Shown: positions 55,691 to 64,000, numbered from the stretch's first letter. The stretch: 64,000 nt of DNA from Hyphomicrobiales bacterium (GCA_003140315.1 PLJS01000101.1:4252-68251), one strand, 5' to 3'. Numbers and translations: made by a program. Notes: generated by a model from the letters alone, not told the origin.

Positions 55691-55976
55691 CCAAATAACG
55701 ACCACCGGCTAACCAAGCCGAAGCATCCCTGGACCAATGGTCAGGTCGAGAGAATGAACCGAACCATCAAAGACCACGGTGCAGCGATTCTATTACGAAA
55801 TCCACGATCAACTCCGCCGACACCTCGCCGACTTCGTCGCCGCTTACAACTTTGGCCGCCGACTGAAGACCCTCAAGGGCCTCAAGCCTTACGAACACAT
55901 CTGCAAAACCTGGACATCCCAACCAGAGCGCTCCACCCTCAACCCGCTCCACCAAATGCCGGGACTAAACAACTAG
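55688..55976 (+). mobile_element. 3' fragment of an IS481-family transposase (rve integrase core end), frameshifted
   Basis: ..HRLTKPKHPWTNGQVERMNRTIKD.. continues in another frame as ..QRFYYEIHDQLRRHLADFVAAYNFGRRLKTLKGLKPYEHICK..HQMPGLNN. A 1-nt indel lies near 55774. No 5' part or terminal repeats are seen. Confidence 0.7.
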
Positions 55977-56755
55977 TCCGTCGCCAGCGCCAGTGCGCGC
56001 ACCGGACTGCCGCTCCCGCGCAAGATTTTCAACGGTGCCGCGATGAGGACAGCCCCGGTCGGTGGCAGCAGGTCGAGATTCGCAAGGCATTGCAACCCGT
56101 AGCGGCCGGCGCCGTGCATGAAGGTGTGGCACGGATAAGGAGGGCGGAACTGCGCCGCCTGTCCGGCGTCGGTGCCGATCGTCTCGGTGCCGAAGCCGAG
56201 TACATCACGTTCTTCGACGAGGAAGCGTACGGCGCGCGCATCCGGCCCCGGCGTGTGCTGGCCGGTCTCGTCGAAATTCTGGTAGGCGACCGGATCGCTG
56301 CGTTTCGACCAGTCCGAACGCATCAGCACCCAGGCGCCGGCCGGGACCTTGCCGTGCCGGTTCTCCCAGGCACGGAGATGTTCGGCGGTGAGCAGGAAGT
56401 CCGCGTCGCGCGCCGACTCCGCCGAACAATCGATCACGCACGCCGGTGCGATGAACGACGCAGGCGGCATGGTATCGGTCGTATTGTTCGGCAGATCGCG
56501 ACCACTGATCCAATGAACCGGTGCGTCGAAATGCGTGCCGGTGTGCTCGCCGAACGAAAGGTTGTTCCAGTACCAGCCGGGGCCGCGCTCGTCGTAGCGC
56601 GAGATTTCTTCCACGCGGAACGGCGCACATTGATCGAACTCGGGCGGCAGCACGATCTGCGGGAAGCGCGACGACAGCGTTTGCGACAGATCGACGACGC
56701 GCACGCCTCCGGCGGCGAGCGCGCCGGCAAGCTCGCTGAGAAGCGCGGCGCTCAT
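55973..56755 (-). CDS. cyclase-family protein (kynurenine-formamidase-like metal hydrolase)
   Basis: In-frame ATG 56755 overlaps the upstream stop (ATGA). Contains the family's hallmark motif, GEHTGTHFDAPVHW. Confidence 0.85.
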   Translation of the reverse strand: MSAALLSELAGALAAGGVRVVDLSQTLSSRFPQIVLPPEFDQCAPFRVEEISRYDERGPGWYWNNLSFGEHTGTHFDAPVHWISGRDLPNNTTDTMPPASFIAPACVIDCSAESARDADFLLTAEHLRAWENRHGKVPAGAWVLMRSDWSKRSDPVAYQNFDETGQHTPGPDARAVRFLVEERDVLGFGTETIGTDAGQAAQFRPPYPCHTFMHGAGRYGLQCLANLDLLPPTGAVLIAAPLKILRGSGSPVRALALATD

Positions 56756-57996
56756 TGGTCCCACAATTCGCGTTCGAGCACTTTGGCGCTCTCGCGAAAG
56801 CGCGTCACGATGTCCTGCGCGACGTCGCCCGGATAGACGTCTTCGATGCCGTCGCGCAGCGCGGCAACGATGGCCTCCGCGAGCGCCACTGGTGCGAGCT
56901 TCGGCGGTGGCACAAGCTGGTTCCATTCGTCGTCGATCGGACCGGGGAAGACATTCACCACACGGATCCCAGCGTGGCGCATCTCGGCGCGCAGGTTTTG
57001 CGACAGCGCGAAGGCCGCAGCTTTCGTGGCCGAAAACGTGCCGTGCGAAGGCAGCGCCGAGAGTGCATGAATCGACAGCAGATTGACCCAGGCGGTAGCC
57101 GGCGCCGAACCCTCTGCCGCCCGCACACGCATCGCGGGGCCGAACGCTTGGGCGAGGCGCAGGAGACCCAGATAATTCACCTCCATTTCGGCGCGCGCGG
57201 TCTCGGTGCCGCGATCCACGACGGTGTGCGTTCGATGAAATTCCGCAGTGTTGATCAGGATATCGACCTTGCCGCCGATGACGCCGGCCAATTCCTCGAC
57301 CGATTTCTCGTCGGTCACGTCGAGCGGCACGATTTCGATTTGCTTCAGCTTCGTCAGCGCATCGAATCCGGGCGCCTGCTTCCACGGCTCGGCGACGCCG
57401 ACCCAAACGATATCGGCGCCGGCTTCGACCATCGCCATCGCAACCGCCTGCCCGACGGCGGGTTTCCCGTCGGTGACGAGCACCTTGCGGAATTTCGGAT
57501 CGCTGGTCATCTCGCGCAACATTGGATCGTCCGCCATGTTCGCCGTATCCTCCGCGGGGAGCGCGATCAGCACGGCCTGCCCGCTCTTGTCGAGATGCGC
57601 GCTTACACGCACGCGCGATGGCGCCGCCGCGCAGTCGCCCTGCAGATGCACGAGCAGGGCTGGTCCGGCATCGAGCCGCACCGTTCCGAGCCGCAGTGGC
57701 ACGCGTTCGCGATAGTAAAGTTCGTTCGAGTGATGCAGGACCGTGCCGGAGATCAATTCACCCGCGCCGTTGGTCTCACGCCATTCGAGCCGGTGCGACA
57801 GGCACGTCACGCAGGCCGAGCGTGATGGATATTGAACCGTGCCGCAATCAGCGCAATGCTGCAGCTCAAGGCGGCCTTCGGCGGCGGCGGCCGTGAGCCG
57901 CAGTGCCGACCGGCTGCGCGCCGGAGGCGGCAATGTCGGCAGCCGCAGCGCGCTGACGGGGTTGCGCGGTTTCGGTTTGATGAGCGCCGGCGTCAT
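56752..57996 (-). CDS. fusion of a DUF35-type Zn-ribbon/OB-fold domain with a degenerate SDR-like domain
   Basis: In-frame ATG 57996. N-terminal Zn ribbon CADCGTVQYPSRSACVTC plus an OB region. The C-terminal Rossmann-like domain reads VTDGKPAVGQA in place of TGxxxGxG and FSATK in place of YxxxK. Confidence 0.8.
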   Translation of the reverse strand: MTPALIKPKPRNPVSALRLPTLPPPARSRSALRLTAAAAEGRLELQHCADCGTVQYPSRSACVTCLSHRLEWRETNGAGELISGTVLHHSNELYYRERVPLRLGTVRLDAGPALLVHLQGDCAAAPSRVRVSAHLDKSGQAVLIALPAEDTANMADDPMLREMTSDPKFRKVLVTDGKPAVGQAVAMAMVEAGADIVWVGVAEPWKQAPGFDALTKLKQIEIVPLDVTDEKSVEELAGVIGGKVDILINTAEFHRTHTVVDRGTETARAEMEVNYLGLLRLAQAFGPAMRVRAAEGSAPATAWVNLLSIHALSALPSHGTFSATKAAAFALSQNLRAEMRHAGIRVVNVFPGPIDDEWNQLVPPPKLAPVALAEAIVAALRDGIEDVYPGDVAQDIVTRFRESAKVLERELWDQ

Positions 57997-59156
57997 GGCG
58001 CGCCCAAAATCGCGGCGCCGCTGCACAGGCCGCGATCGTAGTTGACCATGCCGAAGCCGCTGACGAGGCCACGCCGCGCCTTCTCAACCTTTGCGCCGAG
58101 AGTATGTCCGGTGAGCTGCCGCACCGCCTCGGTCAGGCCGAGATAGCCGCCGGCCGCGCCGGCCTGCCCGACCGACAACTGCCCCCCGGAGGTGTTGAGT
58201 GGCAGCGTTCCGCCGACGGTAAACGTGTTGCGCCGCACGAAGTCCACGCCCTCACTTTTCGGACAGAAACCGAGGTCCTCAAGCTGCATGACCTCGATCA
58301 CCGGATAGTCGTCGTAGACCTGAACGAAATCCATGTCGGCCGCGCCGACGCCAGCCTGTGCATAAAGATCGTCGCAATCGAGCGTCCAGCCGCCGCGCAG
58401 CTGGATCGGATCGTCGGGAAACGCATTGTGCCGTTCGATGGCGCCAAGGATGCGTGCGAAGGAGAGATCGAGCCGGCGCGCTTCCGCCTCGGTCATTACA
58501 AGGAAGCCTTCGGCGCCTGCGCACGGCATTACGCAGTCGAACAGCTTCAGCGGATCGGCGATCGGACGGGCATTGAGATAGTCGTCGAGCGTCAGCGGCT
58601 TCTTGAACAGCGCGTGCGGAAACATCAGGGCGTTGTCGCGCTGCGCGACGCAAAGTTTACCGAAGTCCGCGGCTTCGATGCCGCATTGGTTCATATAATA
58701 GGACGTCAGCAACGCAAAGCTTGCGTTCGGCCCGCCCGCGCCGAACGGATAGACCGCGTCGCGCGCAAAGCGGCTGAAGTTCGCAAGATTTTGTCGAAAA
58801 GAATCCACATGATTGGTGTCGCCCGCGATGCAGGCAACGATCTCAGCGTCACCCGCCTGCACAGCGCGCGCCGCGCGACGCAGAGCCACCACACCGCAGG
58901 CGCCGCCCATCGGAATGTGATCGAGCCAGCGTGGCGAGAGGCCGAAATGCTGCGTCAGGCCGACCGCCGTATCGGGAAACAGCGTGAAGCTCGACACGCA
59001 CAAACCATCCAATCGGCTCTTCTTGATGCCCGCACTCTTCATCAGCGCCGCAAGCACGCGGCCGAGAAACCAATGCGCATCCTTCGTAGAGTAACGGACA
59101 TAAGGAATCGTCACCGGGGCGGCGATCACCACTCCTTCATAGGAAGCGCGGCTCAT
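57993..59156 (-). CDS. thiolase-like protein of the SCP-x/lipid-transfer (Ltp) type
   Basis: 387-aa ORF with MGGACGVVAL (nucleophile Cys context) and NTSGGQLSVGQAG near the C-terminus. It partners with the DUF35 gene downstream. There are 4-nt overlaps at both ends. Confidence 0.8.
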   Translation of the reverse strand: MSRASYEGVVIAAPVTIPYVRYSTKDAHWFLGRVLAALMKSAGIKKSRLDGLCVSSFTLFPDTAVGLTQHFGLSPRWLDHIPMGGACGVVALRRAARAVQAGDAEIVACIAGDTNHVDSFRQNLANFSRFARDAVYPFGAGGPNASFALLTSYYMNQCGIEAADFGKLCVAQRDNALMFPHALFKKPLTLDDYLNARPIADPLKLFDCVMPCAGAEGFLVMTEAEARRLDLSFARILGAIERHNAFPDDPIQLRGGWTLDCDDLYAQAGVGAADMDFVQVYDDYPVIEVMQLEDLGFCPKSEGVDFVRRNTFTVGGTLPLNTSGGQLSVGQAGAAGGYLGLTEAVRQLTGHTLGAKVEKARRGLVSGFGMVNYDRGLCSGAAILGAP

Positions 59157-60793
59157 GCGCGCGCTTTCTCGCGCAGGGTCGCCTTGAAGGCGCGCAGGTC
59201 AATCGTGCGGGGCGCACCGACCGCGGTTGCTGCGAGCGCCTTGATCGCGCCGCGCTGAAGCTTTTGCGTCGGTGTGATCGGGATCGTGTCGACTAAGGCG
59301 ACGTAGCCCGGCACCTTGTGATAGGCGAGCCGCTCCGCGCAGGCGCGCGCGATGTCCTCGGCAAATGCACGCGCATCGCGCGGCTTTACGCGCGGCACGA
59401 TCAGCGCGAGCACTTCCTCGCCGCGCATCTCGTCCGGCACCGGCGCGACCGCCACACCGACGACGCTGTCAAGATTTGAGAGCACGCCCTCGACCTCGAT
59501 CACCGCAATATTCTCGCCGGAGCGGCGCACAATGTTCTTCTTGCGGTCAACGAAGAACAGCGTGCGGTCATCACCCTCGTAAATGACATCGCCGGTGTGG
59601 AACCAGCCACTCTCCCAGGCTTCGGCGGTCGCGGCTTCGTCCTTCAGGTATTCCAGGAAGAAGCCGCGTCTTGGTTCGTCGCCTTTTTTCCGTACCAGCA
59701 GCTCGCCCGAAGTACCCTGTCTCACGTCCGCGCCCGCGTCGTCGACGATGCGATAATCCATCGTGGCCGTCGCACGGCCGATGCAGCGCTTGCCGACGTG
59801 GCGCGGCCCGCCCGCCGTCGACGTAACGGCGCCGCCGCCCGTCTCGGTCATCGCCCAAGCCTCGATCAGCGGAAACTTAAAGCGCGTCTCGAACGTCTCC
59901 TGATGGCGCGGATCGACTCCCGCGCCGAACCCGAATCGCACGTCGTGTGCCGTTTCAGAGTCTTCCCTCGGTAGCTGCAGCAAAATCGCCGGCATCACAC
60001 CGAGATAGTGGACCACGGTTGCGCAGGATTCCTTCACCGTGCGCCACCAGCGCCGTGCGTGGAAGCGATCGAGTGGCACGACCGTGCCGCCCTTCAGGAT
60101 CATGCCGAGGACCGTGCAGCCGAGCGCGTTCATGTGGAACATCGGCAGCGGCGTCAGCACGGTTTCGGCGTTGTCACACATCGTGGCTTCGCCGCCCTGG
60201 GAAACGTACCAGTCGGCAATGCGCAGGAAATAGTCGTTCGAGAGCATGCAGCACTTGGGCTTCGCGGTCGTGCCCGACGTGAACAGCAACGCGCAAGGGT
60301 CGTCCAGTTCGGCCGTCTGGCGCGTCACAGTCGCGTGGCACGCGGGTGGCGGATCGTCAGGGCCGATGATGCGCCCCGCCCCGTCCCATGCTTTCGCGAT
60401 CAGCGGATGCGTCTCCGGCAATGCGACCGCAAGGTGCGGTTCGACGATCGAAAGCTGATAGGCAAGATCATCCACGCGCAAATCCGGATTGATCGGCAGA
60501 ATCGAGACGCCAAGCGCGTTAAGCGCGAGCCAGTGCCATATGAACTCAGGTCGATTTTCCAGAAGCAACGCCACGCAGGCGCCCCGGCCATAGCCTGCCG
60601 CCGCATAGGCGCGCCGCAACGCCTCGATGCGCGTTAGCCCCTCGCCGTAGGTGTGAGCGAATCCGTCCGGCGCGTAGGGCAATTCGGCTGCCGCCGGCGC
60701 GCGCAGAAAGATCGCATTAGGCCGCGCGGCCGCCTGCGCCTCAAGCGCCTCGTAGGGCGAGAACGCATCCCTTCGTTGCAGACCTTCCGACAT
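59153..60793 (-). CDS. AMP-dependent acyl-CoA synthetase/ligase
   Basis: 546-aa ORF with the AMP-binding motif LLFTSGTTAKPK, plus GWFHTGD and VDRKKNIVRRSGENI. Confidence 0.9.
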   Translation of the reverse strand: MSEGLQRRDAFSPYEALEAQAAARPNAIFLRAPAAAELPYAPDGFAHTYGEGLTRIEALRRAYAAAGYGRGACVALLLENRPEFIWHWLALNALGVSILPINPDLRVDDLAYQLSIVEPHLAVALPETHPLIAKAWDGAGRIIGPDDPPPACHATVTRQTAELDDPCALLFTSGTTAKPKCCMLSNDYFLRIADWYVSQGGEATMCDNAETVLTPLPMFHMNALGCTVLGMILKGGTVVPLDRFHARRWWRTVKESCATVVHYLGVMPAILLQLPREDSETAHDVRFGFGAGVDPRHQETFETRFKFPLIEAWAMTETGGGAVTSTAGGPRHVGKRCIGRATATMDYRIVDDAGADVRQGTSGELLVRKKGDEPRRGFFLEYLKDEAATAEAWESGWFHTGDVIYEGDDRTLFFVDRKKNIVRRSGENIAVIEVEGVLSNLDSVVGVAVAPVPDEMRGEEVLALIVPRVKPRDARAFAEDIARACAERLAYHKVPGYVALVDTIPITPTQKLQRGAIKALAATAVGAPRTIDLRAFKATLREKARA

Positions 60794-60905
60794 CCAACGT
60801 TCCGGCCAGACTCGCTCGATGCTCAGCTTACCGTATCTTTGCTCAGCGGCCTTCGCGCCTTTATTCTATGCTGAATCCGGGACTTCAAGGCAGGGACTTC
60901 CCGAC

Positions 60906-62003
60906 ATGGCAGGCGCAGCCGTTCATCCGATGCATGGACCGAACAAGCTCAAGCTCGGCGTCTTCTCGCTGAATTCGGACGGCGGGCTGACGCTGACAAA
61001 GGTGCCGGAGCGCTGGCCTGCGACCTGGAACGAGATCGTTGAGGTGTCGCAACTCGCGGATCGCGCGGGCTTCGAGTTCCTGCTGCCGATCGCGCGCTGG
61101 AAGGGATTTGGCGGCGAGATGAACAGCCGCGAATGGTCGTTCGAGACGCTGACGCATGCAGCCGCACTCGCAGGCGTGACGAAGAATATCGGCGTGTTCG
61201 CGACCGTGCACGTGCCGATGATACATCCGGTGTTCGCCGCGAAGGCGCTGACGACGGTTGACCACGTGTCGAACGGGCGCGCGGGGCTGAACATTGTGTG
61301 CGGCTGGAATCCCGAAGAATTCGGCATGTTCGGGCTCGCGCTGATCGAGGGGCGCTACGAGCAGGGACTCGAATGGTTCGAGATCATGAACCGCATCTAC
61401 ACGGCGGATGCGCCCTTCGACTATGACGGCAAGTTTTACAAGCTGAAGGCCGTGTCGGGGAAACCGCGCCCGGTGCAGCAGCCGCGCCCTATCACCCTCA
61501 ATGCTGCGTTCTCGCCGCCGGGCCGCGAGTTCGCCGCCAAGGCTGCGGATTATCTGTTCACGACCTTCACCGAGATCGACAAGGGCCGCGAACATATCGA
61601 GGACATGAAGAAACGCGCGGCGGCCGAGAAGCGCCAGGTTGGGGTCTTCACGACGTGCCATGTGGTGTGTCGCCCGACCCAGGCAGAAGCCGAGGCGTAT
61701 TACGAGTACTACGCGGTGACGATGGCCGACAAGGCGAGCCTCGATCATTACGTGAAGCAGAAGCAGACCTTCTCGGGCTCGCATGACGAGGAAGCCTACC
61801 GACTGCACCGCAAGCGCTTCGCGGCCGGCGCCGGGACTTATCCGCTGGTTGGGACGCCTGCCTTCATCGCGGATCAGATGGTGAAGATTTCGCGCGCGGG
61901 CTTTGCGGGCACCACCGTGTCGTTTGTGAATTTCAAGAACGAACTGCCGTATTTTATCGACAACGTGCTGCCGTTGCTGAAAGAAGCAGGCCTACGCATG
62001 TAG
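60906..62003 (+). CDS. LLM-class (luciferase-like) flavin-dependent monooxygenase
   Basis: In-frame ATG 60906 (an alternative in-frame ATG is at 60930). KLGVF.., ..ADRAGFEFLLPIARW.. and ..DHVSNGRAGLNIVCGW.. are typical of the NtaA/SsuD/DszA-like LLM family. Confidence 0.85.
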   Translation: MAGAAVHPMHGPNKLKLGVFSLNSDGGLTLTKVPERWPATWNEIVEVSQLADRAGFEFLLPIARWKGFGGEMNSREWSFETLTHAAALAGVTKNIGVFATVHVPMIHPVFAAKALTTVDHVSNGRAGLNIVCGWNPEEFGMFGLALIEGRYEQGLEWFEIMNRIYTADAPFDYDGKFYKLKAVSGKPRPVQQPRPITLNAAFSPPGREFAAKAADYLFTTFTEIDKGREHIEDMKKRAAAEKRQVGVFTTCHVVCRPTQAEAEAYYEYYAVTMADKASLDHYVKQKQTFSGSHDEEAYRLHRKRFAAGAGTYPLVGTPAFIADQMVKISRAGFAGTTVSFVNFKNELPYFIDNVLPLLKEAGLRM

Positions 62004-62006
62004 GCC
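61989..62006. terminator. hairpin spanning the 12-bp overlap of two convergent genes (possible bidirectional terminator)
   Basis: GGCCTAC (61989-61995) pairs with GTAGGCC (62000-62006), with loop GCAT. Both stop codons (TAG at 62001-62003 on plus, CTA at 61992-61994 on minus) lie in the stems. Confidence 0.4.
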
Positions 62007-63809
62007 CTGCCACACCTCGGCGGGATCGTCCGGCGGAACGGCCGCGAGCAGCATACGCGTGTACTCATGCGCAGGCGCGGCAAATACCTGTTCGGTTGGC
62101 CCGCTTTCGACCACTTCGCCGCGATACATCACCAGCACGCGGTCGCAGAGATGGCGAACGACCGACAAGTCGTGCGAAATGAACAGCATGGAAAATTGCC
62201 GCTCGCGACGAAGCGCGGCCAGCAGATTGAGAAGTTGCGCCTGCACCGAGACGTCGAGGCCGGAGACGATCTCGTCAGCAATGAGGATACGTGGCACGGC
62301 GCAAAGCGCGCGCGCGATGTTGACGCGCTGACGCTGACCGCCGGAAAGCTGCTGCGGAAATCGCATCGCAGCCTCGGGCGGCAGACCGATTTCGCCGAGC
62401 AGCAGGTCGGCCCTTGCAAGGCGCTCCTCCCAGGTCGCGACGCCCGCCGCCTCCAGAGGCTGCGTCACGATACTGGCGACGCGGCGGCGCGGGTTCAGCG
62501 CCGATTGCGGGTCCTGAAACACCATTTGCACATGGCGGCGGCGGTGCTCGTCGAAGTCGGGATGGCTCGCGTCGTGCCCGGCAATGGCGATGCGACCCTG
62601 CGACGGCGTCTCCAAACCGACGATCAGCCGCGCCAAGGTGCTCTTGCCGCTGCCGCTCTCGCCCACAATGCCGATAAACTCGTTCTCGTGGAGCGAGAAG
62701 CCGACATCGCTCAGGGCCGCGACTTCGGAACGGCGCAACAGGCCGCCCGCGACGAAGCGTTTGCCGAGACCTGAGACTTCGAGAACCGGCGCGGTTTGAC
62801 GCGGCTCCGCGGCGGGCACGAGCGCAGGAGCCGCGATACGCGCGGTTTTGTCGGCGCGGATGCAGGCCGCGGCGTGGTTAGGGCCGACCTCGACGAGTGG
62901 CGGCATCGCGCGGGTGCAGTCCTCGATCACGTTGGGGCAACGCGGCGCGAAGGCGCAGCCCTTGATCCCGTTCCAGGCGCGCAACCCCGGCATGCGCTCC
63001 GGCAGTGCGTAAAGCCCGCGGCGCTTGCCGCTCATCGCGGGGTTCGCGAGTTGCAGGCAGCGCGTGTAGGGATGACCGGACGTCGCAAACACCTGCCGCG
63101 CCGGCCCGTATTCAACGGCGCGACCCGCATAGAGCACAAGGATGTCGTCGCACACCTGCGCGGCGAGCCGCAGGTCATGGGTGATGAACACCACCGCGGT
63201 GTTCTCACGCTCCTGCATCTCGGCGATGAGCCGCACGATGCGCGCCTGGATCGTCACGTCGAGCGCGGTGGTCGGCTCGTCTGCGATCACGAGCTTCGGC
63301 TTGCTGGCGAACGCGAACGCGATCAGCACGCGCTGACACATTCCGCCGGAGAGCTGGTGCGGATAGCGCCTCAGCAGGTCGGCGGCATGCGGCAAATGGA
63401 CCGCATCAAACAATTCGAGCATTCGCGGGCGTCGGTCTCCCGCCGCGACCCCGATACGCGCCAGATGCTCGTCGAATTGAGTGCGGATGGTCAGCACCGG
63501 ATTGAGCGCCGAGAGCGGCTCCTGCGGAATGAAGGCGATCTCGCGGCCGAGCAGCGCGCGGCGTGCCTCGGGCTCCATCGTGACGAGATTAGCCTCGGAA
63601 AATACGAGGCTTCCGCCGCTCACGGCGAAACCGGAGGGGAGCAATTGCGCCACGGTGCGGCCGACCATCGATTTGCCGGCACCGGATTCGCCGACCAATC
63701 CGAGCATCTTTCCGGCTTTCAGTGTGAACGACAGATCACGAATGACCGGCACGCGCCCGCCATCGAGCGATGCCGAAACGGTGAGATCGCGAGCGACCAG
63801 CAGGCCCAT
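61992..63809 (-). CDS. duplicated (two-cassette) ABC ATP-binding protein of Dpp/Opp peptide/nickel type
   Basis: In-frame ATG 63809. Two Walker A motifs (GESGAGKS, GESGSGKST) and two signatures (LSGGMCQRVLIAFA, LSGGQRQRVNIARAL). Confidence 0.9.
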   Translation of the reverse strand: MGLLVARDLTVSASLDGGRVPVIRDLSFTLKAGKMLGLVGESGAGKSMVGRTVAQLLPSGFAVSGGSLVFSEANLVTMEPEARRALLGREIAFIPQEPLSALNPVLTIRTQFDEHLARIGVAAGDRRPRMLELFDAVHLPHAADLLRRYPHQLSGGMCQRVLIAFAFASKPKLVIADEPTTALDVTIQARIVRLIAEMQERENTAVVFITHDLRLAAQVCDDILVLYAGRAVEYGPARQVFATSGHPYTRCLQLANPAMSGKRRGLYALPERMPGLRAWNGIKGCAFAPRCPNVIEDCTRAMPPLVEVGPNHAAACIRADKTARIAAPALVPAAEPRQTAPVLEVSGLGKRFVAGGLLRRSEVAALSDVGFSLHENEFIGIVGESGSGKSTLARLIVGLETPSQGRIAIAGHDASHPDFDEHRRRHVQMVFQDPQSALNPRRRVASIVTQPLEAAGVATWEERLARADLLLGEIGLPPEAAMRFPQQLSGGQRQRVNIARALCAVPRILIADEIVSGLDVSVQAQLLNLLAALRRERQFSMLFISHDLSVVRHLCDRVLVMYRGEVVESGPTEQVFAAPAHEYTRMLLAAVPPDDPAEVWQGLHA

Positions 63810-63810
63810 A

Positions 63811-64000
63811 TTACGCCCGCCGCGTTTCGGTGAGGCGCACGTCGAGCGCGCGGCGCAGCCCATCGCCCAGCACGTTGAAGCCGAGCACCGTGATGAAGAT
63901 CATCAGGATCGGAAACACCAGATTCCAGGGCGAGTCGTAGATATATTGCCGCGCGTCGGCGATCATCTGGCCCCAGGCGGGCGTGTTCGCGCCCACGCTC
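63811..64000 (-). CDS. ABC permease C-terminus (DppC/OppC-like), continues beyond the window
   Basis: The translation ..PWNLVFPILMIFITVLGFNVLGDGLRRALDVR.. is typical of DppC/OppC C-termini. The stop lies 1 nt before the ATPase start. Confidence 0.75.
   Translation of the reverse strand, partial: SVGANTPAWGQMIADARQYIYDSPWNLVFPILMIFITVLGFNVLGDGLRRALDVRLTETRRA

Noticed and set aside
1-64000. CRISPR arrays, rRNA, tRNA and intact prophage or integron elements
   Set aside because: I saw no regularly spaced direct repeats, no rRNA- or tRNA-like stretches in the few intergenic gaps, and no integrase or phage structural genes. The only mobile DNA is the decayed IS debris at 55373-55976.

Overview
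This is a high-GC, gene-dense chromosomal segment with about 58 protein-coding genes and very little non-coding DNA. It looks alphaproteobacterial, most like Bradyrhizobiaceae/Nitrobacteraceae, judged only from protein families, GC3-rich codon usage and one REP-like hairpin; no search was possible. I recognised no rRNA, tRNA or CRISPR. Content from left to right:
- The end of a PotA/PotD/PotB-like ABC importer.
- Three signal-less beta-propeller proteins (YVTN, LVIVD, Kelch) with an MFS carrier, a xylose-isomerase-like TIM barrel and an IorAB-like molybdenum oxidoreductase whose large subunit is frameshifted.
- Two stand-alone MetE-like Zn alkyltransferase homologues.
- A catabolic island with two NitT/TauT-type ABC importers, a CoxM-like flavoprotein, a fused 2Fe-2S::molybdopterin subunit, an amidohydrolase-2 decarboxylase homologue and a TcuA-like flavoprotein.
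- A Liv-type ABC importer translationally coupled to a shikimate-dehydrogenase homologue.
- An eight-gene minus-strand pentose-phosphate operon (tkt, tal-pgi fusion, gnd, zwf, two HAD phosphatases, pgl, gntK).
- A lower-GC patch carrying the 3' half of a LOG-family gene and a two-HKD phospholipase-D-like gene.
- An Fbp-like ABC importer.
- An XRE regulator followed by MFS, PyrK-like, PyrD(class 1B)-like, carbamoylase, PyrC and PyrE. I read this as a candidate orotate/dihydroorotate utilisation operon, and it is the most interesting item.
- Decayed IS1182- and IS481-family fragments.
- An operon of acyl-CoA ligase, Ltp-type thiolase-like protein, DUF35::degenerate-SDR fusion and cyclase.
- An LLM monooxygenase and the end of a Dpp/Opp-type ABC system.
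All functional calls come from motif-level reading of the supplied translations and need HMM/BLAST confirmation. Start codons were chosen by RBS and overlap logic and may be off by a few codons.
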